Shown here piece after piece: positions 54,365-64,000 of a stretch of 64,000 nt of DNA. Position 1 is the stretch's first letter. Each line of letters opens with the position of its first letter. Below the pieces are notes generated by a model. The model searched no databases, was not told where the DNA came from, and saw only the letters and a list, made by a program, of their open reading frames with translations. The DNA is taken from the NCBI GenBank assembly GCA_045602545.1, contig JAZSBR010000010.1, forward strand, positions 46,352-110,351, read 5' to 3'. A program made the translations under genes and the position numbers. Source of the DNA: Alphaproteobacteria bacterium (lineage in GTDB: Bacteria > Pseudomonadota > Alphaproteobacteria > RF32 > CAG-239).

Positions 54365-55014
54365 TATTTTTCTCCCGTATCTTTAAGTTTTTGAATAACT
54401 TCTTGCGGATTTTCCGCCTTAAAAATCGCACTTCCGGCAACCAAAACATCAACACCATTTTGCACACATTGTTTTGCGGTTTTAAGATTTATACCGCCAT
54501 CTGCTTCCAACGTGATATTTTTGCCGGCAATCAGCTTGCGAAGTTCGGCAATTTTTTCAAGCTGATCAGTCATAAATTCCTGCCCGCCAAATCCCGGCTC
54601 AACAGTCATAACCAAAATATTATCAATTAAATCAAGATAAGGAATTACCCTAAAAGCCGGTGTTTTCGGCTTTATGGAAATTCCCGCTTTAATATTTTGC
54701 AATTTTATTTGCGCCAAAGCTGATGCAACATCCTTAGTGCTTTCCAAATGAATTGTCAGCATATCGGCACCGCATTTTGCAAACATCGGTATAATTTTTT
54801 CCGGCTTTTCCACCATAAGATGCACATCAAAAAACAAATTACTGCGCCGTCTTAAGCTTCTAACCAACGAAGGACCGAAACTCATATTCGGCACAAAATG
54901 TCCGTCCATTATATCAAAATGCAACCAATCAGCGCCGGCATTTTCTGCCGTCTTCACCGCCTCAGCTAAATTTCCCTGATCGGCAGCCAACAAACTCGGA
55001 GCCACTAATACCAT
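54364..55014 (-). CDS. rpe: Ribulose-phosphate 3-epimerase
   Basis: PSLLAAD..HFDIMDGHFVPN..DVHLMV..VMTVEPGFGGQ. Confidence 0.95.
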   Translation of the reverse strand: MVLVAPSLLAADQGNLAEAVKTAENAGADWLHFDIMDGHFVPNMSFGPSLVRSLRRRSNLFFDVHLMVEKPEKIIPMFAKCGADMLTIHLESTKDVASALAQIKLQNIKAGISIKPKTPAFRVIPYLDLIDNILVMTVEPGFGGQEFMTDQLEKIAELRKLIAGKNITLEADGGINLKTAKQCVQNGVDVLVAGSAIFKAENPQEVIQKLKDTGEK

Positions 55015-55095
55015 TTATATCTCCTTACACTTTTTTTATATTATATAACAGCAAATCCTAAAAAAGTGCTAAAGATAATAATCTGAAAATCAGTT

Positions 55096-57729
55096 TCAGG
55101 CTGCAATAAGCGACTTAACTTTTTCAATAGCCTCTGAAATCTTTGAAACATCGGTTCCGCCGGCTTGAGCCATATCAGGTCTTCCGCCACCGCCTTGTCC
55201 GCCTAAAATGCCGGCTGCGGCACGCACTAAATCAACCGCATTATATTTATCGGTCAAGTCTTTGGTAACACCCACGACAACCGATGCTTTGCCGTCTTTA
55301 TCCGAGCAAAGAACAACAATGCCCGAGCCGAGATTTTGACTTATGTCATCAACAAAAGCTTTCAGCTCTTTCGGGTGCGTATCCGGCACAACTTTGCCGA
55401 CAAATTTTACCCCGTTTATCGTTTCGGCTTCATTGGAATTTGAAGCTTTTCCGCCGGCTAAACTCTTTTTAAGATTAAAGATTTCATTTTCCAGTTTTTT
55501 GCGCTCTTCCAACAGTGAAATTACACGGTTTTCCAACTCACCGGTACCGATTTTCAGGCTGTTTGCAACATTATGCAATTTGTCTTCAACCGAGCGGATA
55601 TAATCCTCAGCCCCGACACCTGTCACGCACTCAAGACGGCGCACACCGGCAGCCACCGCCGATTCGCTTAAAATATGGAAATAGCCGATGTTTCCGGTAT
55701 TTGAAACATGCGTTCCACCGCAAAGTTCGCGTGAAAACGGTGCTTTTTCATCACCCATTGTCACAACGCGCACATCATCGCCGTATTTTTCATCAAACAA
55801 TGCCATTGCACCGAGCTTAACCGCCTCGTCTTTGTTCATAATTACCGTATTAACCGGCAAATTGTTGCGAATTTGCTCATTTACGATGTCTTCAACTGCT
55901 CTGATTTGCTCTTTTGTAATCAACTTCGGGTGCGAAACATCAAAGCGCATTCCGTCCGGTCCGACTGATGAACCTTTTTGCTCAACGTGATCGCCCAGAA
56001 TCATGCGCAACGCTTTGTGAGCCAAGTGCGTAACCGAGTGATTGGCGCAGATTTTCTTTCGGTTTTCTTCATTTACGGCAAAATTGGCAAACATACCGAC
56101 TTTAACCGTGCCTTTTTTCAATTCGCAAACATGAACGGTTAAACTCTCAAGTTTGTGCTTGGTATCAATAACTTCAGCTTCAAAATCTTTATTAACGATT
56201 GTTCCGATATCGCCGATTTGACCGCCTCGTTCGCCATAAAACGGAGTTTGATTTGCAACCAATTCAAATTTACCGCTTGTTACTTCTTCAATCTCTTTAT
56301 CATTTTGTACTAAAGCTTCAATTTCGGCATCTGATTTCAAGGTATTATAGCCCAAAAATTCGCTTGAACCGCATTTGTCTTTAACGCCATACCAAACTTT
56401 TGCCACGCCTTCATCACCGGAACCGGCCCAATTTTTGCGGGCTTCTTCTTTTTGTTTTTGCATCGCGGCATTAAAGCCTTCAACATCAACCTCCATATTT
56501 TTGGCCTTCAAGGCATCTTGCGTCAAATCAAGCGGGAATCCGTATGTATCATAAAGTTTGAACGCAACTTCACCTTTGAGCTTATCACCGCGACCGAGGT
56601 GTGAAATTTCTTCATCCAAAAGCTTCATACCTTTATCCAAAGTACGACCGAAGCGCTCTTCTTCAATTTTGATGGTTTCTTCAATAAGTTTTTCTCTGGC
56701 ATAGAGTTCCGGATAAGCATCACCCATTTCTTTTTGCAAAGTCGGCAGAAGTTTATAAATCATCGGGTCTTTAACGCCCAAGAGATAAGCATGACGCATT
56801 GCACGGCGCATAATACGGCGCAAAACATATCCCCTGCCCTCATTTGAAGGCAACACTCCGTCGGCAATCAAGAAACTGATTGAACGCAAGTGATCGGCAA
56901 TAACGTTATGAGAAGCTTGCAACGGACCGTTCGGATCGGTATTGGCAATGTCGGCAATAGCCTTGATGATGTGTTGGAACATATCGGTTTCAAAATTTGA
57001 ATGCACACCTTGCAAAATGGCGGCAATACGCTCCAAACCCATACCGGTATCAATTGACGGACGTTTCAAGTTGATGCGTGACCCGTCCGGCAAATCTTCA
57101 AACTGGTCAAACACCAAGTTCCAAATTTCAATAAATCTGTCGCCGTCTTCTTCAGGCGTCCCCGGCAGACCGCCCCAAACCTCCGGACCATGGTCATAAA
57201 AAATTTCCGAGCTAGGACCGCAAGGACCGGTATCACCCATCTGCCAGAAATTGTCTTTGGTGGCAATGCGGATAATTCTGTCTTCCGGCAGTCCGGAAAC
57301 TTTTTTCCAGATATCATGGGCTTCATCATCATTATGATATATCGTAACAGCCAACTTTTCTTTCGGCAGTCCGAAATCTTTGGTCAGCAGTTCCCAAGCA
57401 TAAGGAATTGCATAGTCTTTGAAATAATCGCCGAACGAAAAGTTGCCGAGCATTTCAAAAAACGTGTGGTGGCGCACATCATAACCGACGCTATCCAAAT
57501 CATTATGCTTTCCGCCGGCTCTGACACTTTTTTGCGCCGTTGTGGCTCGGGTATAATCTCTGGTTTCATTTCCCGCCAGAATATTTTTGAATTGCACCAT
57601 ACCTGAGTTTGTAAACATTAATGTCGGGTCATTATCCGGCACCAGAGAGGAAGAAGGCACAACCTTATGCCCGTTTTTTTCAAAATAATCCAAAAAAGTT
57701 TTGCGAATTTGATTTACGCCGACAGTCAT
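55096..57729 (-). CDS. alaS: Alanine--tRNA ligase
   Basis: The start is taken at MTVGVNQIRKTFLDYFEKNGH. Class II motifs and the editing-domain sequence HSVTHLAH..CGGTHV are present. Confidence 0.95.
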   Translation of the reverse strand: MTVGVNQIRKTFLDYFEKNGHKVVPSSSLVPDNDPTLMFTNSGMVQFKNILAGNETRDYTRATTAQKSVRAGGKHNDLDSVGYDVRHHTFFEMLGNFSFGDYFKDYAIPYAWELLTKDFGLPKEKLAVTIYHNDDEAHDIWKKVSGLPEDRIIRIATKDNFWQMGDTGPCGPSSEIFYDHGPEVWGGLPGTPEEDGDRFIEIWNLVFDQFEDLPDGSRINLKRPSIDTGMGLERIAAILQGVHSNFETDMFQHIIKAIADIANTDPNGPLQASHNVIADHLRSISFLIADGVLPSNEGRGYVLRRIMRRAMRHAYLLGVKDPMIYKLLPTLQKEMGDAYPELYAREKLIEETIKIEEERFGRTLDKGMKLLDEEISHLGRGDKLKGEVAFKLYDTYGFPLDLTQDALKAKNMEVDVEGFNAAMQKQKEEARKNWAGSGDEGVAKVWYGVKDKCGSSEFLGYNTLKSDAEIEALVQNDKEIEEVTSGKFELVANQTPFYGERGGQIGDIGTIVNKDFEAEVIDTKHKLESLTVHVCELKKGTVKVGMFANFAVNEENRKKICANHSVTHLAHKALRMILGDHVEQKGSSVGPDGMRFDVSHPKLITKEQIRAVEDIVNEQIRNNLPVNTVIMNKDEAVKLGAMALFDEKYGDDVRVVTMGDEKAPFSRELCGGTHVSNTGNIGYFHILSESAVAAGVRRLECVTGVGAEDYIRSVEDKLHNVANSLKIGTGELENRVISLLEERKKLENEIFNLKKSLAGGKASNSNEAETINGVKFVGKVVPDTHPKELKAFVDDISQNLGSGIVVLCSDKDGKASVVVGVTKDLTDKYNAVDLVRAAAGILGGQGGGGRPDMAQAGGTDVSKISEAIEKVKSLIAA

Positions 57730-57928
57730 TTTTTTATCCTTATGTTTTTGTTGTTTAATTAACATATTGCGCAACAATAGCGCATTAAAATAAACTTGTC
57801 CAGCATAATTTTTGCTCTTGCAAATAAAATTATCATTAAAAAAACTCTTGACAATGCACAAAAAAGATATATAGATATGCTCGCTTTTTATACAATTATA
57901 ATATTATTAACTAAAAAACAAAAAAACT

Positions 57929-58081
57929 ATGGCAAACAAGTTTAGAAAATCAACTCGTGAAGAGAAAAAGAAAAAGGCCGTGCAGAAAAAACAACGTCCT
58001 CAGACAGAATACCAACGTACCCGTGACATGGAAAAGCGCCGCCGTAAGAAGGGCCACAACGGTGTCCTTGACGAACTATAG
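57929..58081 (+). CDS. Candidate small, highly basic protein (50 aa), absent from the ORF track
   Basis: atg..tag encodes MANKFRKSTREEKKKKAVQKKQRPQTEYQRTRDMEKRRRKKGHNGVLDEL. It is bracketed by TTGACA-N16-TATAGA (57848-57875) and a strong terminator. There is no clear SD. Confidence 0.35.
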   Translation: MANKFRKSTREEKKKKAVQKKQRPQTEYQRTRDMEKRRRKKGHNGVLDEL

Positions 58082-58111
58082 TTCTTGTTCTTGCTTTTAA
58101 ATCTGTTTATT

Positions 58112-58149
58112 ACGACCCCCGAAACACTGATTTCGGAGGTCGTTTTTTT
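58112..58149 (+). terminator. Intrinsic terminator
   Basis: ACGACCCCCGAAA cactga TTTCGGAGGTCGT followed by T7. Confidence 0.8.
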
Positions 58150-58384
58150 ATTTTATGCTCTAAATTTATCTTTTCAGCCGTCCAAAAGGCAAAAAAAATC
58201 GCTTATAAAACAAAAGGTTATAAAAATAATGCACAGATATTAACATTATTGCTATTTTTTTTAAAAATCTTATTGAAAAATTTACAATTCTTGCTTAATT
58301 TAGTGAATGTATTAATTGTAATGCAATTAAAGTAACTTTCGTAGCAATACGAAAAATTGTATAAAACCATATGGAGAAAATAAA

Positions 58385-58849
58385 ATGAAAAAACTTTTAA
58401 GTTTATTCTGCGCAATTGTTTGCTTGTCAGGTTGTTCTATGTTTGGTGCTGATGGCGGTTTGTTCAGCGGCGCTGACTGCGAATCAAGATTGGCTCGTGA
58501 CTTTGCCGAAAACTCTACTGATACTGTATTCTTCGCATTTGACAGCTCTGCACTTTCTGCTGAAGCTCAAGCTGCTTTAGATACTCAAGCTGCTTGGCTC
58601 AAAAAGCATGACAGTGTGAACGCAATCGTTCAAGGCTACTGCGATGAAAGAGGTACTCGTGAATACAACTTGGCTTTGGGTGAACGCCGTGCCAACGCTG
58701 TAAAACAATACTTGGTATCTCAAGGTATTGATGAAAGCAGAATTTCTACCATTTCTTATGGTAAAGAAAGACCTGCTGTTCTCGGCAGCAACGAAGCCGC
58801 TTGGGCTCAAAACCGTCGCGCTGTTACGGTTATCAGCTCTGCAGAATAA
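58385..58849 (+). CDS. pal: Peptidoglycan-associated lipoprotein (OmpA-like domain)
   Basis: Lipobox CLSGCS, then FAFDSSALS..GYCDERGTREYNLALGERRANAV..SYGKERP. Confidence 0.9.
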   Translation: MKKLLSLFCAIVCLSGCSMFGADGGLFSGADCESRLARDFAENSTDTVFFAFDSSALSAEAQAALDTQAAWLKKHDSVNAIVQGYCDERGTREYNLALGERRANAVKQYLVSQGIDESRISTISYGKERPAVLGSNEAAWAQNRRAVTVISSAE

Positions 58850-58912
58850 TTCACTTATCTGAATTAATAGAAAAGACGCTCTTGATTTAGAGCGCCTTTT
58901 TTATTTTCTGCC

Positions 58913-59176
58913 TTAATTAACTTTTCTGGTAAAACTCTCTGTCTTTAATTCTATCGTTTCATACGGAAAGTGCTCATTTATGCTCTGATTGTTTGCCGCA
59001 TTAAAAACTTCCTGAGCAAAAAGCTTTTGCGCCAAATATACCAGATAAAGCGGTTGTTCAAGCTTAAGGTGTCCCAAAACCTCAATCAATGCATCAAAAT
59101 TATCATAAATCGTGCCGACGCAATACAAATGGTTTTTCAACTCTTCATTATTTTGGTTTAAGTCACTGTAATTCAT
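58913..59176 (-). CDS. Hypothetical protein (87 aa)
   Basis: ORF only; I recognise no motif. Confidence 0.35.
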   Translation of the reverse strand: MNYSDLNQNNEELKNHLYCVGTIYDNFDALIEVLGHLKLEQPLYLVYLAQKLFAQEVFNAANNQSINEHFPYETIELKTESFTRKVN

Positions 59177-59298
59177 ATTAAATCTCCTCTAACAAAGTTA
59201 AAGAAGATATATTTGTAAATTTTCTTTTTTAAATCTGAAAAAAATGCCATATTGACACTAAAAAGTGTTTATTTATAGCGATTCGCACCAAGTTGGTG

Positions 59299-59490
59299 TT
59301 ACATTATTTCATGCTTTTTGGGAATATGATGGTTGACCCGCACAATTTCTTTAGGTTGAAAATAAATGTTGTGATTCCATCCGTCAACAATACCATCTAT
59401 CAAAACGCGATTAACAAAGCGCTTCTCCGCCTCAGGCAAATCAAGCGAAAAATTAGAAATTATGAATTTACTCACATCGTATTTTTGCAT
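59299..59490 (-). CDS. Hypothetical protein (63 aa)
   Basis: ORF only; I recognise no motif. Confidence 0.3.
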   Translation of the reverse strand: MQKYDVSKFIISNFSLDLPEAEKRFVNRVLIDGIVDGWNHNIYFQPKEIVRVNHHIPKKHEIM

Positions 59491-59682
59491 CTTTTTTCTC
59501 CTAACAACTTAAATATAAACAATTTTTTGCGTTTTGAAAGGCTGGTTAATCTAAAGTCTATATTTACAACTTTCATCAAAGATTTTTCGGAGTCGTCAAA
59601 GCATATTAGAAAAAAACATATGTTTGTTGACGATGAAAAAAAAGTGTGCTAAGAATACTTATCAAAAGAAAAGGAGTTTACA

Positions 59683-60309
59683 ATGTCAAATAATAATTTC
59701 GGACGTTCAATGATTGAAATGATAGGCGTTTTGGTGATTATCGGCGCACTTTCGGCCGGCGGTATTGCCGGATATACAAAGGCTCTGCACCAAAACAAAG
59801 TGAATAAATCAATTGAGCAAATCGGTGTAATCAGCGGTCATCTTTCCACAATCGGCGCCAACGGCGGCCTTTATACCGGTATGAGCAACAAATCTGCCAT
59901 AAAATTAAAGGCAGTTCTGCCGGAAATGAATCCTTCGGGAACAAGTTTGAAAAATCCGTTCGGAGGTGATGTAGAAATAAGTTCGGCAAAGCTTTTAAGT
60001 GACGGCGGTGATGATCAGGCATATTCCATAAAATACAGCGGGCTTGATAAACAGGCTTGCTTGGCGTTGGCAACAAATGACTGGGGATCAGCAAAAAATT
60101 CATCATTCATCGGAATTGTTGCAGGCCCTTCCGCTTCATTAAACACTGACAGCCTTTATCTTAAATGCCCGGGACAAAAGGCTGCTCTTACTTCAGTTGT
60201 GGGTTGCAATAACGGGACAACACTCGGAATACCTATACCGGTTAGCGAGGCAACAACCATTTGTTCAACCTGCGGAAACAGCTGTGCCGTTGCCCTTAAA
60301 TATTATTGA
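59683..60309 (+). CDS. Type-IV-pilin-like protein, paralog 2 (short leader)
   Basis: The SD AAGGAG is present. MSNNNFG|RSMIEMIGVLVIIGALSAGGIAGYTKAL has Gly at -1 and Glu at +5. The C-terminus is CSTCGNSCAVALKYY. The promoter TTGACG-N17-TAAGAA lies upstream. Confidence 0.8.
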   Translation: MSNNNFGRSMIEMIGVLVIIGALSAGGIAGYTKALHQNKVNKSIEQIGVISGHLSTIGANGGLYTGMSNKSAIKLKAVLPEMNPSGTSLKNPFGGDVEISSAKLLSDGGDDQAYSIKYSGLDKQACLALATNDWGSAKNSSFIGIVAGPSASLNTDSLYLKCPGQKAALTSVVGCNNGTTLGIPIPVSEATTICSTCGNSCAVALKYY

Positions 60310-60320
60310 GGAGATTTGAT

Positions 60321-61031
60321 ATGATAGATAATATAAGCAGATTCGCACAGAGCGGAAGAAGTATGCGAACGAAGTGTGATGCAAATGCGCCGACTTTTTT
60401 GAGTGCCGTGTACATAAATAGTACACAAACGAAAAAAAGACAAGCAGGTGCACCGCAATACGGTCGCAGTATGATTGAGATGCTGGGTGTGTTGGCCATC
60501 ATAGGAGTGCTTAGCGTTGGCGGAATCGCCGGCTATACAAAAGCAATGATGAAGTCAAAAGTCAACTCAACCGTTGAAACAATGCTTACAATCGCTTCCA
60601 ATGTACGTACATTGACATTGCGCACCAAAAACTATGATAATCTGGCAAAAGTTGCCATTAAAATGAAAGCTATTCCTGAAAAGGCTCTTAACGGCAGTTC
60701 GCTCGGGGCAAATACCTTTGGCGGCAGCGTAGGACTCGGAGAATTTTATAATAAATCGTTTTATGTTGCCATGAACGGCTTGCCGAGAGAAGCTTGCGTT
60801 GAGATTGCTTCAAAAGATTTCGGCAGTGCCTTGGTTTATGCCGGCGACGGTGATTTTGGCGCCAATAAATTATCATCGCTCGAAAATACAAACTTAAAAT
60901 TTGCCAATCCGGCTTGTTCTTCGGCTGCCCCTTATTATTGCCTGAAAAAACCAATGAGTCCGGCAACCGCGGCGCAAGCTTGCAGTTGTGCGGTGTCAAG
61001 CGGTTGCAGTGTAGCCCTCATAATGTTTTAA
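60321..61031 (+). CDS. Type-IV-pilin-like protein, paralog 3 (48-residue leader)
   Basis: The SD GAGGAG lies 7 nt before ATG 60321. ..QYG|RSMIEMLGVLAIIGVLSVGGIAGYTKAM, with a C-terminal CSCAVSSGCSVALIMF. Confidence 0.75.
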   Translation: MIDNISRFAQSGRSMRTKCDANAPTFLSAVYINSTQTKKRQAGAPQYGRSMIEMLGVLAIIGVLSVGGIAGYTKAMMKSKVNSTVETMLTIASNVRTLTLRTKNYDNLAKVAIKMKAIPEKALNGSSLGANTFGGSVGLGEFYNKSFYVAMNGLPREACVEIASKDFGSALVYAGDGDFGANKLSSLENTNLKFANPACSSAAPYYCLKKPMSPATAAQACSCAVSSGCSVALIMF

Positions 61032-61167
61032 TTCAGCTCAAACAGCTTTATTACGCATGTTAATTTTAACGGTCAATTAACATGCGTTTCTGTTTTATAA
61101 AAAAAATCTTGACATAATTTCCAAAATCAGTTATTGTGAGTTCATTAAACCAAATAATTTATATAGT

Positions 61168-61665
61168 ATGAGCAAGAAAATCAAAAAATCCCGCTTGTGG
61201 ATTTCCGGCGTCGGAGAAGCTCTGGCGTTTGGATTTTTGAACAACTGCGCGATTGTTCCTTTTATTGAAGGAGCAAGACCTGTAAGTTGGACGTATCTGG
61301 TTCTGGCACTCTCGGTCATGCTTGGCATCGGAGGTGCGCGTGATGTGGTCTTGCGCCAGTTCCGCTATCTCGGCTCGGTAATTAAAGAGCGAGAGAAGTC
61401 GGAGGTAGGCACTAAAGGCCTTATTTCAATGAAGGTCTGGATTCCCACCATCGGTTGGTGTCTGGCTTTGGGCTTTGTATGCAACTGTTGCATATACCCG
61501 TTTTTTGACATCGGCGAGGTAAGCTGGGAAGGTCTGCTTGCGACGCTAAGCGTACTGTTAACTGTGAGCGGTGTGCGTGAGTACAAGATTTATTCTGCCG
61601 ACCGCAAGGTCCTGCAGGAAAAAGGCTTGGAGATGGACGCAAACCCAACAGAGTTCAGTGACTAA
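61168..61665 (+). CDS. Hypothetical membrane protein made of two tandem 2-TM modules
   Basis: WISGVGEALAFGFLNNCAIVPFIEGARPVSWTYLVLALSVMLGIGGARD aligns with WIPTIGWCLALGFVCNCCIYPFFDIGEVSWEGLLATLSVLLTVSGVRE. Confidence 0.55.
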   Translation: MSKKIKKSRLWISGVGEALAFGFLNNCAIVPFIEGARPVSWTYLVLALSVMLGIGGARDVVLRQFRYLGSVIKEREKSEVGTKGLISMKVWIPTIGWCLALGFVCNCCIYPFFDIGEVSWEGLLATLSVLLTVSGVREYKIYSADRKVLQEKGLEMDANPTEFSD

Positions 61666-61707
61666 TCAAAAAAGAAGGCTCTCAACCGAGAGCCTTCTTT
61701 TTTGATT
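61665..61707. terminator. Bidirectional intrinsic terminator shared with pgk
   Basis: AATCAAAAAAGAAGGCTCTC aacc GAGAGCCTTCTTTTTTGATT. Confidence 0.8.
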
Positions 61708-61718
61708 AGTATTGAAGC

Positions 61719-62927
61719 TTATTTCTTCATTACGGCAACGCCCGGAAGTTCCTTACCTTCCATCCATTCCAAGAAAGCACCGCCTGCTGTTGAAATATAA
61801 GTAAATTTGTCGGCAACACCGGCACTCTCAAGCGCTGAAACCGTATCACCGCCGCCGGCAACCGTGGTCAGTTTTCCGGCAACAGTTAATTCGGCAGCCT
61901 TATCGGCAACAATATTTGTGGCATTGTCAAACGGTTTTAACTCAAACGCACCAAGCGGTCCGTTCCAAACCAAAGTTTTGCATTCCTGCATTTTGTCGCA
62001 GATATCTGCAATGGTTTTTTCGCCCACATCAAGTAAGTTTCCGCCTTCCGGAATATTATCCAAAGCAACGGTTTTATGCTCGGCATTTGCGGCAAATTCT
62101 TTTGCCCAAACCAAATCTGACGGCAGGATAATTTCGCAATTGTTGGCTTTTGCCGTTTCCAAAATTTCTTTTGCCGTATCAAGCATATCCATCTGCACCA
62201 GCGAATTACTCTCGTTAATGCCGTTATAGCCCAAAACCTTCAAAAAAGTATGAGCCATACCGCCGGAAATCACCAGCTTGTTCACCTTTTTCACGAGGTT
62301 GTTCAACAAATCAAGCTTGGTTGAAACCTTTGAACCGCCGACAATCGCCATCAGCGGGCGCTGAGGATTATTCAATCCGGAAGTTAAGGCATTAACCTCT
62401 TCAGCCATCAACAAACCCATTGCGGACGGCAATTCTTTTGCAGCGGCAACCATTGAAGCATGCGCGCGGTGAGCAGTTGAAAAAGCATCGGAAACATAAA
62501 CATCAGCCGGCTTAACCAATTCTTTTGCCCAAGCTTCGTTGCCCTTTTTCTCTTCGTCATAAAAACGCAAATTTTCCAAGAGCAAAACTTCATCGGCACC
62601 CATATTTTTAACGGCTTTTTCAACCTTATCGCCGATGCAATCATCAACAAACACAACCTTAGAGCCTAAAGCCTTTTCGAGTTCCGGTGCAACATGGGAA
62701 AGCGAATTTTTCATATCGCCCTTGCCTTCCGGACGCCCGAAGTGTGAAATAACCACAACCTTAGCGCCTTTACTCATAAGTTTTTTAATGGTCGGAACCG
62801 TGCGGTCAATGCGGGCTGTGTTGGTAACCTTAAAATTTTCATCCATCGGCACGTTTAAATCGGCGCGAAGCATAACAACTTTGCCGTTCAAATCACCTAA
62901 ATCTTCAATAGTTTTATATTCTTGCAT
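61719..62927 (-). CDS. pgk: Phosphoglycerate kinase
   Basis: LRADLNVP.., SHFGRPEG.., GGGDT. Confidence 0.95.
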   Translation of the reverse strand: MQEYKTIEDLGDLNGKVVMLRADLNVPMDENFKVTNTARIDRTVPTIKKLMSKGAKVVVISHFGRPEGKGDMKNSLSHVAPELEKALGSKVVFVDDCIGDKVEKAVKNMGADEVLLLENLRFYDEEKKGNEAWAKELVKPADVYVSDAFSTAHRAHASMVAAAKELPSAMGLLMAEEVNALTSGLNNPQRPLMAIVGGSKVSTKLDLLNNLVKKVNKLVISGGMAHTFLKVLGYNGINESNSLVQMDMLDTAKEILETAKANNCEIILPSDLVWAKEFAANAEHKTVALDNIPEGGNLLDVGEKTIADICDKMQECKTLVWNGPLGAFELKPFDNATNIVADKAAELTVAGKLTTVAGGGDTVSALESAGVADKFTYISTAGGAFLEWMEGKELPGVAVMKK

Positions 62928-62992
62928 TACTTTTCCTTTTTTTCATCACAAATCCCCACCGATTTTGCTCGGTGGGGACTTATTGTCATAGA

Positions 62993-64000
<1,008 letters not shown>

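Overview
This 64-kb window looks like chromosomal DNA from a low-GC alphaproteobacterium. That assignment is an inference from five things: a CtrA ortholog, a circularly permuted two-piece tmRNA, a GAAC-N7-GAAC LexA box, the rpoZ-spoT-acpS linkage, and the IalB-RlmN linkage. Most genes are housekeeping: rpoD, rpoZ, spoT, acpS, glgB-glgX-malQ, secY-adk, mutT, rsmB, rlmN, cca, lexA, phoB-like, rpe, alaS, pal, pgk, gap, corA, an SPFH/NfeD pair, four tRNAs and ssrA followed by sspB. Several accessory features are less ordinary. (1) Four paralogous secreted BspA-type LRR proteins share the same promoter architecture. Each has a 200-270 nt structured leader ending in an intrinsic terminator, and each ends in a conserved ~25-aa C-terminal tag. 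Two of the leaders are homologous and show compensatory base changes, and I could not assign them to a known RNA class. (2) There are four type-IV-pilin-like paralogs. One is out of frame with its own SD/ATG across a (CT)6 tract. (3) A complete N-ATPase operon (atpDCQRBEFAG) is present, and its c subunit carries a Na+-type ion site. (4) A family of GC-rich nested-palindrome repeats occurs as about 2.4 tandem copies of a ~213-bp unit and as in-frame insertions in the 5' ends of genes. (5) tRNA-Gly has a duplicated 3' end and sits next to a lipoprotein gene of foreign-looking composition. (6) A Cache-HAMP-PP2C-kinase fusion plus a STAS protein lie between acpS and rpoD. I saw no rRNA gene, CRISPR array, transposase gene or integrase gene. 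All calls come from reading the sequence and the ORF track; no searches were run.
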